Source: Octopus sinensis
Lineage: Eukaryota
Assembly: GCF_006345805.1 (NCBI RefSeq)
Contig: NC_043015.1
Location: 47,554,001 to 47,618,000, forward strand
Length of the DNA: 64,000 nt
Direction: 5' to 3'
Position 1 is the stretch's first letter, and the number at the start of each line of letters is the position of its first letter. Positions 25,890 through 38,448 of the stretch are shown here, piece after piece. The notes under the pieces were generated by a model. That model was given only the letters and a program-made list of their open reading frames with translations. It did not search any database and had not been told where the DNA came from. Made by a program: the position numbers and the translations under genes.

Positions 25890-26725
25890 CTCTACTCTTT
25901 TACTCTTTTACTTGTTTCAGTCATTTGACTGTGGCCATGCTGGAGCACCGCCTTTAGTCGACCAAATTGATCCCAGGACTTTTTCTTTGTAAGGCTAGTA
26001 CTTATTCTATTGGTTTCTTTTGCTGAACCACTAAGTTACGGGAACGTAAACACACAAGCATCGGTTGTCAAGCAACGTTGGGGGGACAAACACAGACACA
26101 CAAACATGTACACACATACATATATATATATACATTGATGATGATGATATACGACAGGCTTGTTTGCAGCTTCCGTCCATCAAATTCACTCACAAGGCTT
26201 CGGTCGGCCCGAGGCTATAGTAGAAGACACTTGCCCAAGGTGCTACGCAGTGGGACTGAACCTGAAACCATGTGGTTGGTAAGCAAGCTACTTACCACAC
26301 AGCCACTCCTGCGCCTATATATATATATATATAATAATATATATATATATATATATATATTATACACATATATACGACGGGCTTCTTTTCAGTTTCCATC
26401 TACCAAATCCACACTCACAAGGCTTTGGTCAGCCCAAAGCTATAGTAGAAGACACTTGCCTAAGGTGTCACGCAGTGGGACTGAACCCGGAACCATGTTG
26501 TTGGTAAGCAAGCTACTTACCACACAGCCACTCCTGCGCCTATATGTATATATATATTATATATATATATATACACACATATATACGATGGGCTTCTTTT
26601 CAGTTTCCCTCTACCAAATCCACTCACAAGGCTTTGGTCGGCCCTAAGCTATATTAGAAGACACTTGCCCAAGGTGCCACGCAGCGGGACTGAACCTGGA
26701 ACCATGTGGTTGGTAAGCAAGCTAC
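25890..26725 (-). mobile_element. SINE family A with tandem triplication of its 5' half
   Basis: Head half repeated at about 26151-26315, 26373-26540 and 26585-26725, separated by (TA)n. Confidence 0.8.
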
Positions 26726-27082
26726 TTACCACACAGCCATTCCTGCTAAATGATGATGCCACCAAAAATAATAATGATGATGATGATAATGATGGCAATG
26801 ACGAAGATGATGATGATGGTGCTCATCTCTACCTACCTACCAAGTCATCTACTGATGAACACCACCAGTCACCTGTTTCCAGAATTCTCTCTCTGGCATT
26901 GCTTATAGTAGGTCACTTTTCAGCAAAGCTCTAGTGATCTTTGATGTTGCTATTCTTTCTGTTCTGTCAATTTAGAACATATCTATCTAATTAATCATCT
27001 TCAAACCAGACCAGAACAGACTAAGGAAGGTATACAATAGCCTTCATACGAATAGATAAGCCAAAATAAAATACAAAAGAAC

Positions 27083-27084
27083 GA

Positions 27085-27148
<64 letters not shown>

Positions 27149-27370
27149 AGGAAAGAAAGAAAGAAAGAAAGAACGAAAGAAAAAATGAAAGAAAGAAAGA
27201 ATGAAAGAAAAGAAAGAAAGAAAGAACGAAAGAAAGAACAAAAGAAAGAAAGAAAGAAAGAATAGAAGAAAGATAGAAAGAAAGAAAGAATGAATGAAAG
27301 AAAGAAAGAAAGAAAGAAAGAACAAAAGAAAGAATGAAGGAAAGAAAGAAAGAAAGAAAAAAGGAAAAAA

Positions 27371-27424
<54 letters not shown>
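27083..27424 (+). repeat. (GAAA)n polypurine microsatellite
   Basis: About 340 bp of imperfect GAAA repeats. Confidence 0.95.
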
Positions 27425-27769
27425 AGCTACAAAGAACAGCTCAATGTTTCTGTGGTTAAATTTTTTTCTTCTTCTTTTGTAGTTTTCCTGAATTGGGAAA
27501 AGTAATTTATGGTTGGCCAATTCTTGAAATGTTATATCTTTTTTTACTGTTTAAATACGTAGGCATGTGTTCATAGGTTGTACTAGGTATTAGAGCATAT
27601 ACACCCACATACTTGTGGCTGAAAGTATGTGTGTTTATTACTTACTAACTAAATAATCCTGTAATTTAAAATTAAGAAATATTTCGTGGGCACACCATCT
27701 TTATACAAAATAGGTTTTCTAGGTGTGGTTGTTATAGATATACCTCCCACTTACTCTGCATACATACAT

Positions 27770-27804
27770 TGTATACTATATAATGTATGATTATATATAT
27801 ATAT

Positions 27805-27857
<53 letters not shown>

Positions 27858-27955
27858 TACATACATACATATACATACCACACACCATATATATATACAT
27901 ATATAAATACACATACATATATATATATACATATATATATACATATATGTATTAT

Positions 27956-28008
<53 letters not shown>

Positions 28009-28181
28009 TTATATATGTATATATTCATATGATGTATATATATAGTATATATATATATATTATATATGTATATATTTTCATATATATATATATATATATA
28101 TGTATGTATATATATATGTATATATATATACATATAGTGTATATATATATTTATATATATATATATATTATATATATATAT

Positions 28182-28215
<34 letters not shown>

Positions 28216-28297
28216 ACATATATGTATATATATATATATATATGTATGTGTATTTATATATATATGTATATATATTTGTATATATATATATATATAC
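27770..28297. repeat. Imperfect (TA)n microsatellite block
   Basis: About 530 bp of TA/TATG/TACA repeats. Confidence 0.95.
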
Positions 28298-29809
28298 TAG
28301 CATGGAAAGCGAATGTTAAACAATGATGATGATGATGATTATGATATATATATATATATATACACATGAAAACATACATACATATGTGTGGTGGGGAGGG
28401 TGTATGTATGTGGGTGTGTGGGTGTGTGTGCGTGTTTGTGTGTGTGTGTATTTGTATAATGTTGATGATGACAGTTCATTTGTCAAATTTGACGGTGACC
28501 TGGCAACTTAGATACTAGATTTTATATAAGTTGTTTTTTTGTAAATGAAAACGAGCCACCGTGCACGCATCAGATACACTTTCTTGCTTTGACACAATAT
28601 TCCCCATTTTCGAGATAAAGTAAAAACTATTGAGCTTTTGTGAGAAAATACAAAAGACTAAGGAGATTGCCCGAATAGCTGAAGGCATCTCCAGAGCTCA
28701 CAATATTATCTAACATGGTATGTTGCCAGTGGCTCAGGAACAAAATTTGCTTAGGGAGTGCAAACTCAGGTCCAAATTTTTTCACAAACAAGGCCATTTT
28801 TTTTCCAATCTTAATAAATAAAAAACAGGTATAAAAGTATTTTCTATTATTATACATAGAAAAATAATGCTTCAAATGAATCCAAAAATTAGGGGTAGGA
28901 GTGTTTTTATGTTTTTATGTACACGGGCGTAGGAGTGGCTGTGTGGTAAGTAGCTTGCTTACTAACCACATGATTCCGGGTTCAGTCCCACTGCATGGCA
29001 CCTTCAGCAAGTGTCATCTACTATAGCCTCAGGCCAACCAAAACCTTGCAAGCAGATTTTGTAGACGGAAACTGAAAGAAGCCTGTCGTATATATGTATG
29101 CATATATATATGTATGTATGTGTGTATATATGTTTGTGTGTCTGTGTTTGTCCCCTTGCCATCGCTTGACAACTGATGCAATACCCAAAGCAAGAGAGAA
29201 GACTATGTTGGTTTGGACATGTGATGTGTATGAATGAGGACAGCTGCATAAAGAAGTGCTGATTACTGAAAGTGGATGGTATCTGTGGAAGAGGGGAGAC
29301 CCAGGAAGACATGGACCAAGATGTCTGGTGATATGAAATTCTTGAGAAGACCTGCCCAAATCAGCGAAACTGTGTTCTAGAAGCACTTCTCACACACTCT
29401 ACCACAACGAACCAAACTACATCTCTACTTCTCTTCTCTTCTTTACATTCCCACTTCATCTACTATGATTACCTCCCACTCTCCAATCTTGTCCTCTTGG
29501 CCCGGTGCCACTGTATCACTGCTCTCTGCTTGCTCTTACCTGTGCATTCTACCCATATGCCTTGTTTCACTCTATTATTTCCATCTGCTAGCCTCTGACC
29601 TGGGTGTTCCACCCACACATAACAAGAAAACTTTTCCCTCACCCTACCCCAACAAACCAATTTACATCTCTTCTCTTTCTCGCATTTCCTCCTTCATTCA
29701 CTATGCCTAGTTCTCACTCCCCAATTCTGTCCCCACACCCCTGCTCCTCTGTAGCACCGCTATCCGGTAGCCCCTCTAATTCTATATTTGGGATATACAC
29801 TTGGTAATA

Positions 29810-31020
29810 ATTTACCAAACCTAGGAATGCTTGTAGCATTGTCACATTCTTCAGGGGTGACATATTTCATATTGCTGACTCCCTTGATGGGTCCAGTCAG
29901 CATCCACTTTCATTGATTACTTGACCTATGTATTTTATTTTTCCCATCAAAAATTCGCATTTTGTTTCTGTCAGTTTTAGTCCATATTCAACTATTCTCT
30001 TGAATGCTTTATGTGCTTAACATATTGCACCCAAGACTTGCTCTTTATCAGAATGCCATCTAGGTATACGATGGTGAAGTTGCAATCATTTAACATCACA
30101 TCCATTATTTGTTGGAATATGGCAGGTACCACTTTTATCCAAACAGTAGTCGTTTGACTTCATACAATCCACGGTGTGTGTTGATTGCTAGCAGATGTGT
30201 GCACTCTTCCTCTAACTGAATTTGAAAGGACGCCTCTGAGAGGTCTAACTTCCCTCCATATAGTTTAGCAAAAACTTCTTCTGGGCTTAGAAATGGGTAA
30301 TTGTGTGTGAGTAAGCAGTTGTTTAACCTGGTTGAGAAGTCTGCTCACACTCTTTGCTTTTTTTTTTTTTTGCACGTACACTGCCAGGGCTGCACAGTTT
30401 GCATGGTCAATCTTTTCAATCATATTCAGGCTTTCCAACCTTTCTAGATCTTTATTGACCTGGTCTACTCCTGCAAACAGCACGTTCCGTTTGGGCCTGA
30501 AAATAGGTGTTGGATTTTCCTTGATAACAATCTTTGCTCTTGTTTTGTGTAACAGCTTAAACTTCCGTAAAAAAAAACTTTCCTGAAAAAACTTTTGGGA
30601 AAGTTTCTTTCATTTTTTTTGTCTCACTTCATTGACCTTATTTGATTGTTTGACTGCTCCGTTTATGTTATTGCGCAAAGTATTTATGGGTGTATCCCAT
30701 AAATTAAATTTTTCCATACATTCAGTGCCAAATAAATTCATGGATTGTTTTCAACACATAAACATTCACTTTTTTTGGTTCAACCTTTGAACATTATATT
30801 ACAAATGCATTCGCCCTTGAAATATAATCTTCTTCCTGTAACACCATACGCTATTTTGTTTGAACCAGATAATTTTGGTTTACTCATTTGCTCCCATGTT
30901 CTCTCATTTATAATTGTGATGTCACTTCCCATGTCTAATTGCATTCTGACACTTTGACACTAGTGTTTTCAATTCTCACATTCATGAATTTTTTGTGGAG
31001 ACATATAGAGAAACTCCATC
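29810..31020 (-). mobile_element. Ty3/Gypsy LTR-retrotransposon pol relic (protease + RT)
   Basis: Frameshifted pieces DMGSDITII (protease), PIFRPKRNV..LERLE, LDLSEASFQI..INTHRGLY..PAIFQQIMD..VYLDGILI, LQAFLGLVNYY. Confidence 0.8.
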
Positions 31021-31035
31021 AAAAACTAGTGCCCA

Positions 31036-31108
31036 TGGTCATATGGCATAGTGGTTAAAGAGCGCGGGCTACTAACCCAAAAATTCTCAGTTCGATTCCA
31101 GGCAGTGA

Positions 31109-31162
<54 letters not shown>

Positions 31163-31580
31163 GTGCTGGTGGCACATAAAAGCACCCACTACATCCGTGC
31201 CTGTGGCACATAAACAGCACCCACTACAACATGCCGGTGGAACGTAAAAAGCACCCACTACACTCTCGGAGTTGTTGGCGTTAGGAAGGGTATCCAGCTG
31301 TAGAAACTCTGCCAGATCAAGATTGGAGCCTGGTGTGGCTGTCTGGTTCGCCAGCCCTCAGTCAAAATCGTCCAACCCATGCTAGCATGGAAGGCGGACG
31401 TTAAATGATGATGATGATGATGATGATGATGAATAACAACATCAAAAAATACCTTAGGAATGAGAACCCAGGTTCGAAATTTCTCCAAGACACCTGATGA
31501 AGGCTGGAGGGTATATCAGCTGAAACGTTGTGTTAACAACAAACAAGATGAGGACAAATATCCATCAAATGTAAATAAGT
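31036..31580 (+). mobile_element. tRNA-headed SINE-like element with (AAT)n linker and 3' hammerhead, interrupted by an RTE 3'-end insertion (about 31160-31430)
   Basis: A box TGGCATAGTGG, B box AGTTCGATTCC, (AAT)n 31113-31155; the AAT/AAC-rich sequence resumes at about 31431 and leads into the hammerhead. Confidence 0.55.
31489..31534 (+). ncRNA. Minimal type I hammerhead ribozyme
   Basis: GACAC-CTGATGA-A-GGCTG-gagggtatat-CAGCT-GAAA-C-GTT-GTGTT; stem I GACAC/GTGTT, palindromic AACGTT stem III, GUU site. Confidence 0.68.
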
Positions 31581-31916
31581 GTCTTCCACTATTGACCAAT
31601 GCCTCTCAATTTCATTACTCAGAAGCCATAAAGTTAAGTTTACTTATTTCTCCCATGCCTCATTTGAATGAAATGTAAATGTGCCATAAATCATAATCAC
31701 ACACATTATGTATGCATAGGTATTAGATATTATAGTGTAGCAATCGAATCTCTTGCATTTGATCTCTCTGACAGGCCATTTTGCAAAACTTCCTACTTCA
31801 CAAGTAAGCAAACTTGAGGAAGCTACCAATTTAGCTGTCAATAATCCTATCCTGCAACAGGTTGTACTGGGTTTCATGTTACCAGTAATGCCCTCAAGTG
31901 ACTGCATATACACATA

Positions 31917-32558
31917 CAGGGGCTGAACAAAATAATGGAATCACCTTAAAATTTCAAACAAATTTATTTTAATATTGGGTAGGACCGCCTTTGGCAGTAA
32001 TTACAGCTTGAATTCTACGAGGTATGGATTCATACAAAGTTTGAATTGTTTCCAAAGGAATTTTTGTCCATTCTTCAGCTAAAACAATCTCCAGTTCTTG
32101 TAGTGATGATGGTGGAGGATATCGACTCCTTACTTGTTTTTCTGAAATGCACCATAAATGTTCTATAATATTGAGATCTGGGGACTGTGGTGGCCAGATA
32201 AGAAGTTCAACTTCACTAGAATGTTTCTTGTGCATTCAGTAACAACTTTAGCTGTGTGAATTGGTGCATTATCATCCTGAAAGATTGCGTTTCCCTCCAG
32301 AAGCAGTTCTGCAACCATAGGATGAATTTGATCAGATAAAATGCTTTAAAAGTCTTGACTATTAATTCTGCCATGAACGGAAATCATTGGGCTGGCGGAT
32401 TTCCAAGAAATAGCCCCACAGATTATCACAGATCGGAAGAAGGCAGTCTGGGTCAAATGCTTTTTTTGGCTGTCTCCACACATATACTCGGCCAGTGGTC
32501 GGAAATAAGGTAAAGGATGACTTGTCTGAGAAAATAATATTCTTCCACTGCTCTAGTG
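31917..32558 (-). mobile_element. Tc1-like (DDE) transposase relic with terminal TIR
   Basis: WKNIIFSDKSSF..FQDDNAPIHTAK..WPPQSPDLNIIEHLW..SIPRRIQAVITAKGGPTQY; TA|CAGGGG terminus. Confidence 0.88.
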
Positions 32559-33285
32559 GTATTTTGTCTGTCTTTACATTCTGGGTTCAAATTCTGCCAT
32601 GGCTAATTTTTGCCTTTTATCCTTTTGAGGTCAATAAATTAAGTACCAGTTGTGTACTGGGATTGATCTAATTGACTAGCTCCTTCCCCAAAATTTTGGG
32701 CCTTGTGCCTAGAGTAGAAAAGAATAAACCTGTTCTTCTCATCATACTTGAACTTCTTAGCCTCTCACCAAAAATCATTACCTTACCTCATTTTCCCCTT
32801 TCAGTCATGGCGTTACCACTTACAAGGCCCCCTCACAAATCTTGGGACCACAAAAAAAATGCACTCAGTACTTTTAAAGCATGCAGAAGATTTTTTTTGT
32901 TGCACCAAAAGTAGTTGGCATTAAGAAGCCATTGAAACCATGCAAGAACTCAAACATTGGAGTACAATGTGGTCCTCCAAATTCTTGGATTCTGTCAAAT
33001 CATGCAACCCAAACCAGCAAGGAAGAAAGATGTTAAATGGTGATGATGTTGATATGTGTGCGTGTGTGTGTAAATTCTTTTATTCTTTTATTTGTTTCAG
33101 TCATTTTGACTGCGGCCATGCTGGAGCACCGCCTTTAGTCGAACAAATTGACCCCAGGACTTATTCTTTGTAAGCCTAGTACTTCTTCTTTCAGTCCTTT
33201 TTGCCGAACTTATGGGGATGTAAACACACCAGCATCGGTTGTCAAGTGATGTTGGGGAGACAAACACAGACACACAAACATATAC

Positions 33286-33316
<31 letters not shown>

Positions 33317-33905
33317 CACACACACATATACATATATATAAATGTATGCATGTATATATATATATATATTATATATTTTTTATATACGACAGGCTTCTTT
33401 CAGTTTCTGTCTACCAAATCCACTCACAAGACTTTGGTCGGCCCAAGGCTATAGTAGAAAACACTTGCCCAAGGTGCCACACAGCCACTCCTGCACATAT
33501 ACATACATATATATATATTGTCTTTCACTTGTTTCAGTCATTAGACTGTGGCCATGCTGGGACACCAACTCGAATAATTTTTGCTGAATAAATCAAACCC
33601 ATGCCTATTAGTTTTTAAATGTGGTACTTATTCTATCGGTCTCTTTTGCCAAACTGCTAAGTTACAAGGACATAAACACACCAACACCAGTTGTCAAGTG
33701 GTGATGGGGGACAAACACAGACACAAAGACACATACATACACACACACACGGTTTTTTCAACCACTCACAAGGCTTTGATCAGCCTGAGGCTATAGTAGA
33801 AGAGACTTGCCCTAAGTTCCACACAGTAGGACTGAACTCAGAACCATGTGGTTGGGAAGCAAACTTCTTACCACACAGCTATGCCTGCATCTATACATCT
33901 CTCTA

Positions 33906-33936
<31 letters not shown>

Positions 33937-33937
33937 A

Positions 33938-34118
33938 TGATAGATCATTAGCTCCTACACGCATTTTTTTCTCTCCTTATTTTTTTCTGTGTATCTTTCT
34001 GCTGAAGTGTGTAGACTCGAAACGTAAAAGACTTTTTCTATTCCTGAGCGTTATACTAATACATTTGTTTGTTTGTACTCCACCTACCTTCGTCTTTTGT
34101 TTATTATTGTAAACTTTC

Positions 34119-34154
<36 letters not shown>

Positions 34155-34350
34155 AATGTGACTGCGTGTGTACTGTTGGCGATTTTTTTCCTCTGTCTTC
34201 CCTTCTCTGGATCATTCCTTCTCCTATGTTTCCGACAAAGAGCTCCGCTCGAAACGTTAAACCCTCCTTCTTTCCTTAGCGTCCAATAATACTATATTTG
34301 TTCCACGTCCTCGTGTTGTGTTTTTTGTGCTTTCTTGTTTGGATTAACTT
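33938..34350 (+). mobile_element. Two adjacent (TA)n-flanked repeats, each with a degenerate hammerhead-like motif (33994-34031; 34228-34262)
   Basis: TCTTT-CTGCTGA-A-GTGT-GTAG-ACTC-GAAA-CGTA-AAAGA and GTTT-CCGACAA-A-GAGC-TCC-GCTC-GAAA-CGTT-AAAC, separated by (TA)n. Confidence 0.55.
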
Positions 34351-34451
34351 TATATATATATATATATATATATAAACACACACACACATACATATAGATA
34401 AATGAAGAGATGACCAGATAGATAGATAGACACAGAGATGAACAGACAGAC

Positions 34452-34488
<37 letters not shown>

Positions 34489-34976
34489 TCTGTCTGTCTA
34501 TAGATAGATAGATAGACAGACAGACAGGCAGGCAGGCAGGTAGGTAGGTAGTTAGGTAGGTAGGTAGGTAGGCAGGCAGGCAGGCAAATAGAGACACACA
34601 GACAAGACAGTTACACAAGGAGACAAACTAATAGCTAAACAGATAGATATTACAGCTTTGTGCGTATGTAAGAAAAAAAAATTGCCATTGTTATATTCTA
34701 TGACTATATTCATATGTAAAAGAGAGTGAAAACGAAATAATGTGATAAAGCGTTTCATTTGTTCATGTTTCTGATATGGGTTAATTGTTTTGTGAAACAT
34801 ATTTGTAATTCCTGCAAGCAGTAGGTAATGCCTGACTTAAGCTTGATAGTGGAGTTGTGAGTTTAGACTAACCTACATAAAAAAATAATTGATAATATAT
34901 ATATGTATATTTGTTGTTCATGTGTGGGCGTGTGGGAGTCTGTCTGTCACCTTGTATGTCTGTGTGTATGTGAGTG

Positions 34977-35025
<49 letters not shown>

Positions 35026-35854
35026 TTGTGTGTACATGTATGTAATTACATCAGCAAATAATTCATAAACTATAAGAATATTTATTGAACATTTTGGTAA
35101 AAATAATTTTCTGAGACTAATTATTATATAACTACTGAAGTACAAATGTGTTTTGTTACTGAGTGTATATATATATCCTTAAAATCCTTTAAAATGTTTT
35201 AGCCCGAAGGCTGCAGCCATACTGGGGCATCACCGCTGATGATGATATATATATATCATCATCATCATTGTCGTTTAATGTCCACTTTCCATGCTGGCAT
35301 GAGTTGGACGGTTTGACTAAGGACTGGTGAGCCAGAAGACTGCACCAGGCTCCAATCTGATCTGGCAGTTTCTACAGCTGGATGCCCTTCCCAACGCCAA
35401 CCACTCCAAGGGTGCAGTGGGTGCTTTTACGTGCCACTGGCACAAGGGCCAGTCAGGTGGTACTGGCAACAACCATGCTCAAAAGGTGTTTTTTATGTGC
35501 CACCTGCACAGGAGCCAGTCTGGCGGCACTGGCAATGACCACACTTGAATGTTGTTTTTCACGTGCCAGTATGGTGACGCTGGCAACAATCACGCTTGAC
35601 TGATGCTTTTTACGTGCCACCAGCATGGGAGCCAGTCAGTGGCCCTGGCAACGATCACTCGCAGATGGTGCTTCTAACGTTCCACTGGCACGAGTGCCAA
35701 TCAGGCAGTGCTGTCAAGTCAACGACCACATCAGCGATTTTAATTTCAATTACCTCAACAGGTCTTTGCAAGCAAAGTTTATTGTCCAATGAATGAAGGG
35801 TACTCATAAGTGGGTTGGCATAGGCCACGGGTTATGGTCTCACTTGGCTTGTCT

Positions 35855-36778
35855 GTCATCCTGGTTTTCAAACAGGGTAACAGATCCCTTGCAGTCAACT
35901 ATTGCCTAATTTCATTCACCTTCCATATCATTAAAGTGTTTGAAAGGGTGGCGAGATCAAAGATAGCTGGCTTCCTGGAGAGCCACAAACTCCTAAATTC
36001 AAACCAGCATGGCTTTCGCCACAGCAGGGACTAACACAGCTCTTACAGTACATTGATGATATCCTTATAGCCTTTGGATCAGGTTTGAACTCTGGTGTCA
36101 TATATCTTGACTTCAGTAAAGCGTTCAACAGAGTTGACCATAACATCCTACTGTCAAAAGTTAGAATCTGTGGAAAACTTCTACACCGGATTGAATGTTT
36201 CCTGGAGAACAGAATACAACGTTGTGATCAGCGGAATCCACTCGAGCCCAGCAGAGGTCACCAGTGGTGTACCTCAGGGGACTGTCTTGGGCCTGCTCCT
36301 CTTTATAATCTACATAAATGACCTTTCCAGCATTGTAAACACAGCAAAGTGGAAATATTCACTGATGACTCTAAGCTCCAGAAAACTATCAATGAAGAAA
36401 ACCGAACTGAACTCCGAATGGATGACGACGCCATGGTGATCTCATTCTTGCTCACAACATCATAACCAGAAAGTGTAACCTCTCAAAAGAGCTGTTCTTC
36501 ACTCCTGCTCCAGTGTGTCGGCTGCGGGGTCACTCCAAAAAGCTCTATCTGCGACGATTTCATCTCAATCGAAGGAGAGGGGCTTTCTCCGTCCGGGTTG
36601 CGGATCCGTGGAATAAGCTGCCGGACGAGATAGTGAAGATGCCGACGACCGCTCGGTTCAAAGTCTCCCTTGACCACAAATGGCCTGAACTCTTTGCATG
36701 AACACCCTCCCTGTACATAACTCCATGTCCCCCTAAATGGCCTTGCTTTTTGCTTTTTGAGCCAAAAAATTAACTAAG
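35855..36778 (+). mobile_element. CR1-group LINE RT relic (internally deleted) with 3' end
   Basis: NYCLIS..KVFER..NQHGFR..VIYLDFSKAFNRVDH..SGVPQGTVLGLLLFIIYINDL..; RLRGHSKKL..FSVRVADPWNKLP; TAAC tail. Confidence 0.88.
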
Positions 36779-37278
36779 ATAACGTTTTACACCTGAAAAT
36801 ATTGGTTTCAAATTTTGATGCAAGGCTAGCAACTTGGGGGAGGGGGTAAGTCGATTCCATCAACCCCAGTTCTCAACAACTACTTATTTTATCAACCCCA
36901 AAAGGGATGGAGGGTAAAGTGGACCTTGGTGGAATTTGAACACAGAACGTAAAGCTGAGCAAAATGCAGCCAAGCATTTTACCTGGCATGCTTACCATTC
37001 TATTAGCTCACCTGTAACTATTAACTACCAAATTCCTCTGAGTTTCTTCAGAGCAGCTTAAAAAGCCTCATAGTATTTATTTACATTGACCTTGAAATTT
37101 CAAAAATGCTAATAGTTTTACTGGACAATTCTCATGTACCTGGCGTGATGTTCATGACAAAAATGATGTATAGGACAAAACATTTCATGTTGAAAGCAAC
37201 ACTGTAACAGCTTAATTTTTGTTGATACAAGTATTTTACAGGTGTGAAAATGTACCACTGAACATACTTTGACAGGTA

Positions 37279-37775
37279 TCGTAGGAGTGGCTGTGTGGTA
37301 AGTAGCTTCCTTATGAACCACATGGTCCTGGGTTCAGTCCCACTGCGTGGCACCTAGGGCAAGTGTCTTCTAATATAGCCTCGGGCCGACCAAAGCCTTG
37401 TGAGTGGATTTGGTAGACGGAAACTGAAAGAAGCTCATCGTATATGTGTGTGTGTGTGTATGTTTGTGTGTCTGTGTTTGCCCCCTGCCAACATTGCTTG
37501 ACAACCAATGCTGGTGTGTTTACATCCCAGTAACTTAGTGGTTCGGCAAAAAAGACCGATAGAATAAGTACACAGACACACAAACATATATATATATATA
37601 CACACATATATACGACAGGCTTCTTTCAATTTCCGTCTACCAAATCCACTCACAAGGCTTTGGTTGGCCTGAGGATATAGTAGAAGATACTTGCCCAAGG
37701 TGCCACGCAGTAGGACAGAACCCGGAACCATGTGCTTCGTAAGCAAGCTACTTACCACACAGCCACTCCTATGCC
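37279..37775. mobile_element. Adjacent inverted pair of family A SINEs
   Basis: Plus copy 37279-37570 abuts a minus copy to 37775; about 165-bp arms are reverse-complementary. Confidence 0.82.
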
Positions 37776-38002
37776 TTTAAAAAAATTGTTAAAATATTTT
37801 GTGCCTTGTAGAAGTATAACCAATCTATTTCACATAAATGTTTGACAATAAAATCTGATATGGACCCCCACCCCAACCAGGGTCATGTGGACCCTGGTTG
37901 AGAACTCCTTGTTTAGATAATGCAAATGAAAAATCAAGTATGAATGATTGTGATGAAAAGTATCATGGAATTGGTGTTTTATGGAGTAATAATTAAAAAA
38001 TT

Positions 38003-38448
38003 GAGTAGTTGTGTGCTATGAACTTAATGTGACAGTCCCATGAAGGGAATCACACCACTGCTATTTAGCCCTAGGAATCAGCAACGCTTCCTGTCGGCTG
38101 TCACACATTTCCTGTGTCCTTATGTTTACAAGGGGGAGACAAGCACCCCCACCCAGCTAAGCCTGCAACCAGAGACTAGTTTCTGAGTCTTTACTCATCA
38201 TCAGTCAGGAGTAGCATGGCCTGCTAGCTGAGATGCTTGTCTAGGCCTTGTAAAGATATAAGAATTCTAGTGAAATAAATCCACTGATTACAAAAATAGA
38301 AATACTACATTTCTAAATATCTGAGAGAGATATAAGCAGTAGTGGCACGATAGAGTAGTTGTATACTGTCAACTTAATGTGACAGTCCCATGAAGGGAAT
38401 CACACCACTGCTATTTAGCCCTAGGAAGCATCAACGCTTCCTGTCAGC
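38003..38448 (-). mobile_element. Retrozyme/Penelope-LTR-like element: 350-bp unit plus 96-bp terminal redundancy, containing a hammerhead
   Basis: 38003-38098 is repeated at 38353-38448 (period 350), with the hammerhead between the copies; no ORF. Confidence 0.6.
38152..38232 (-). ncRNA. Type I hammerhead ribozyme, intact core
   Basis: Minus strand reads CCTGA-CTGATGA-TGAGT-AAAG-ACTCA-GAAA-CTA-GTC-TCTGG: 5-bp stem II, palindromic ACTAGT stem III, GUC site at 38174. Stem I extends via CAGCTA..GGCC.TGC / GCA.GGCT.TAGCTG. Confidence 0.75.

Noticed and set aside
26078-26934. Recurrent ORFs such as '[22 protein letters not shown]' and '[16 protein letters not shown]' throughout the window
   Set aside because: Fortuitous frames of SINE family A, not a gene family.
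27044-28319. Long ORFs rich in FFLS, YI or KERK repeats
   Set aside because: Translations of (GAAA)n and (TA)n microsatellites.
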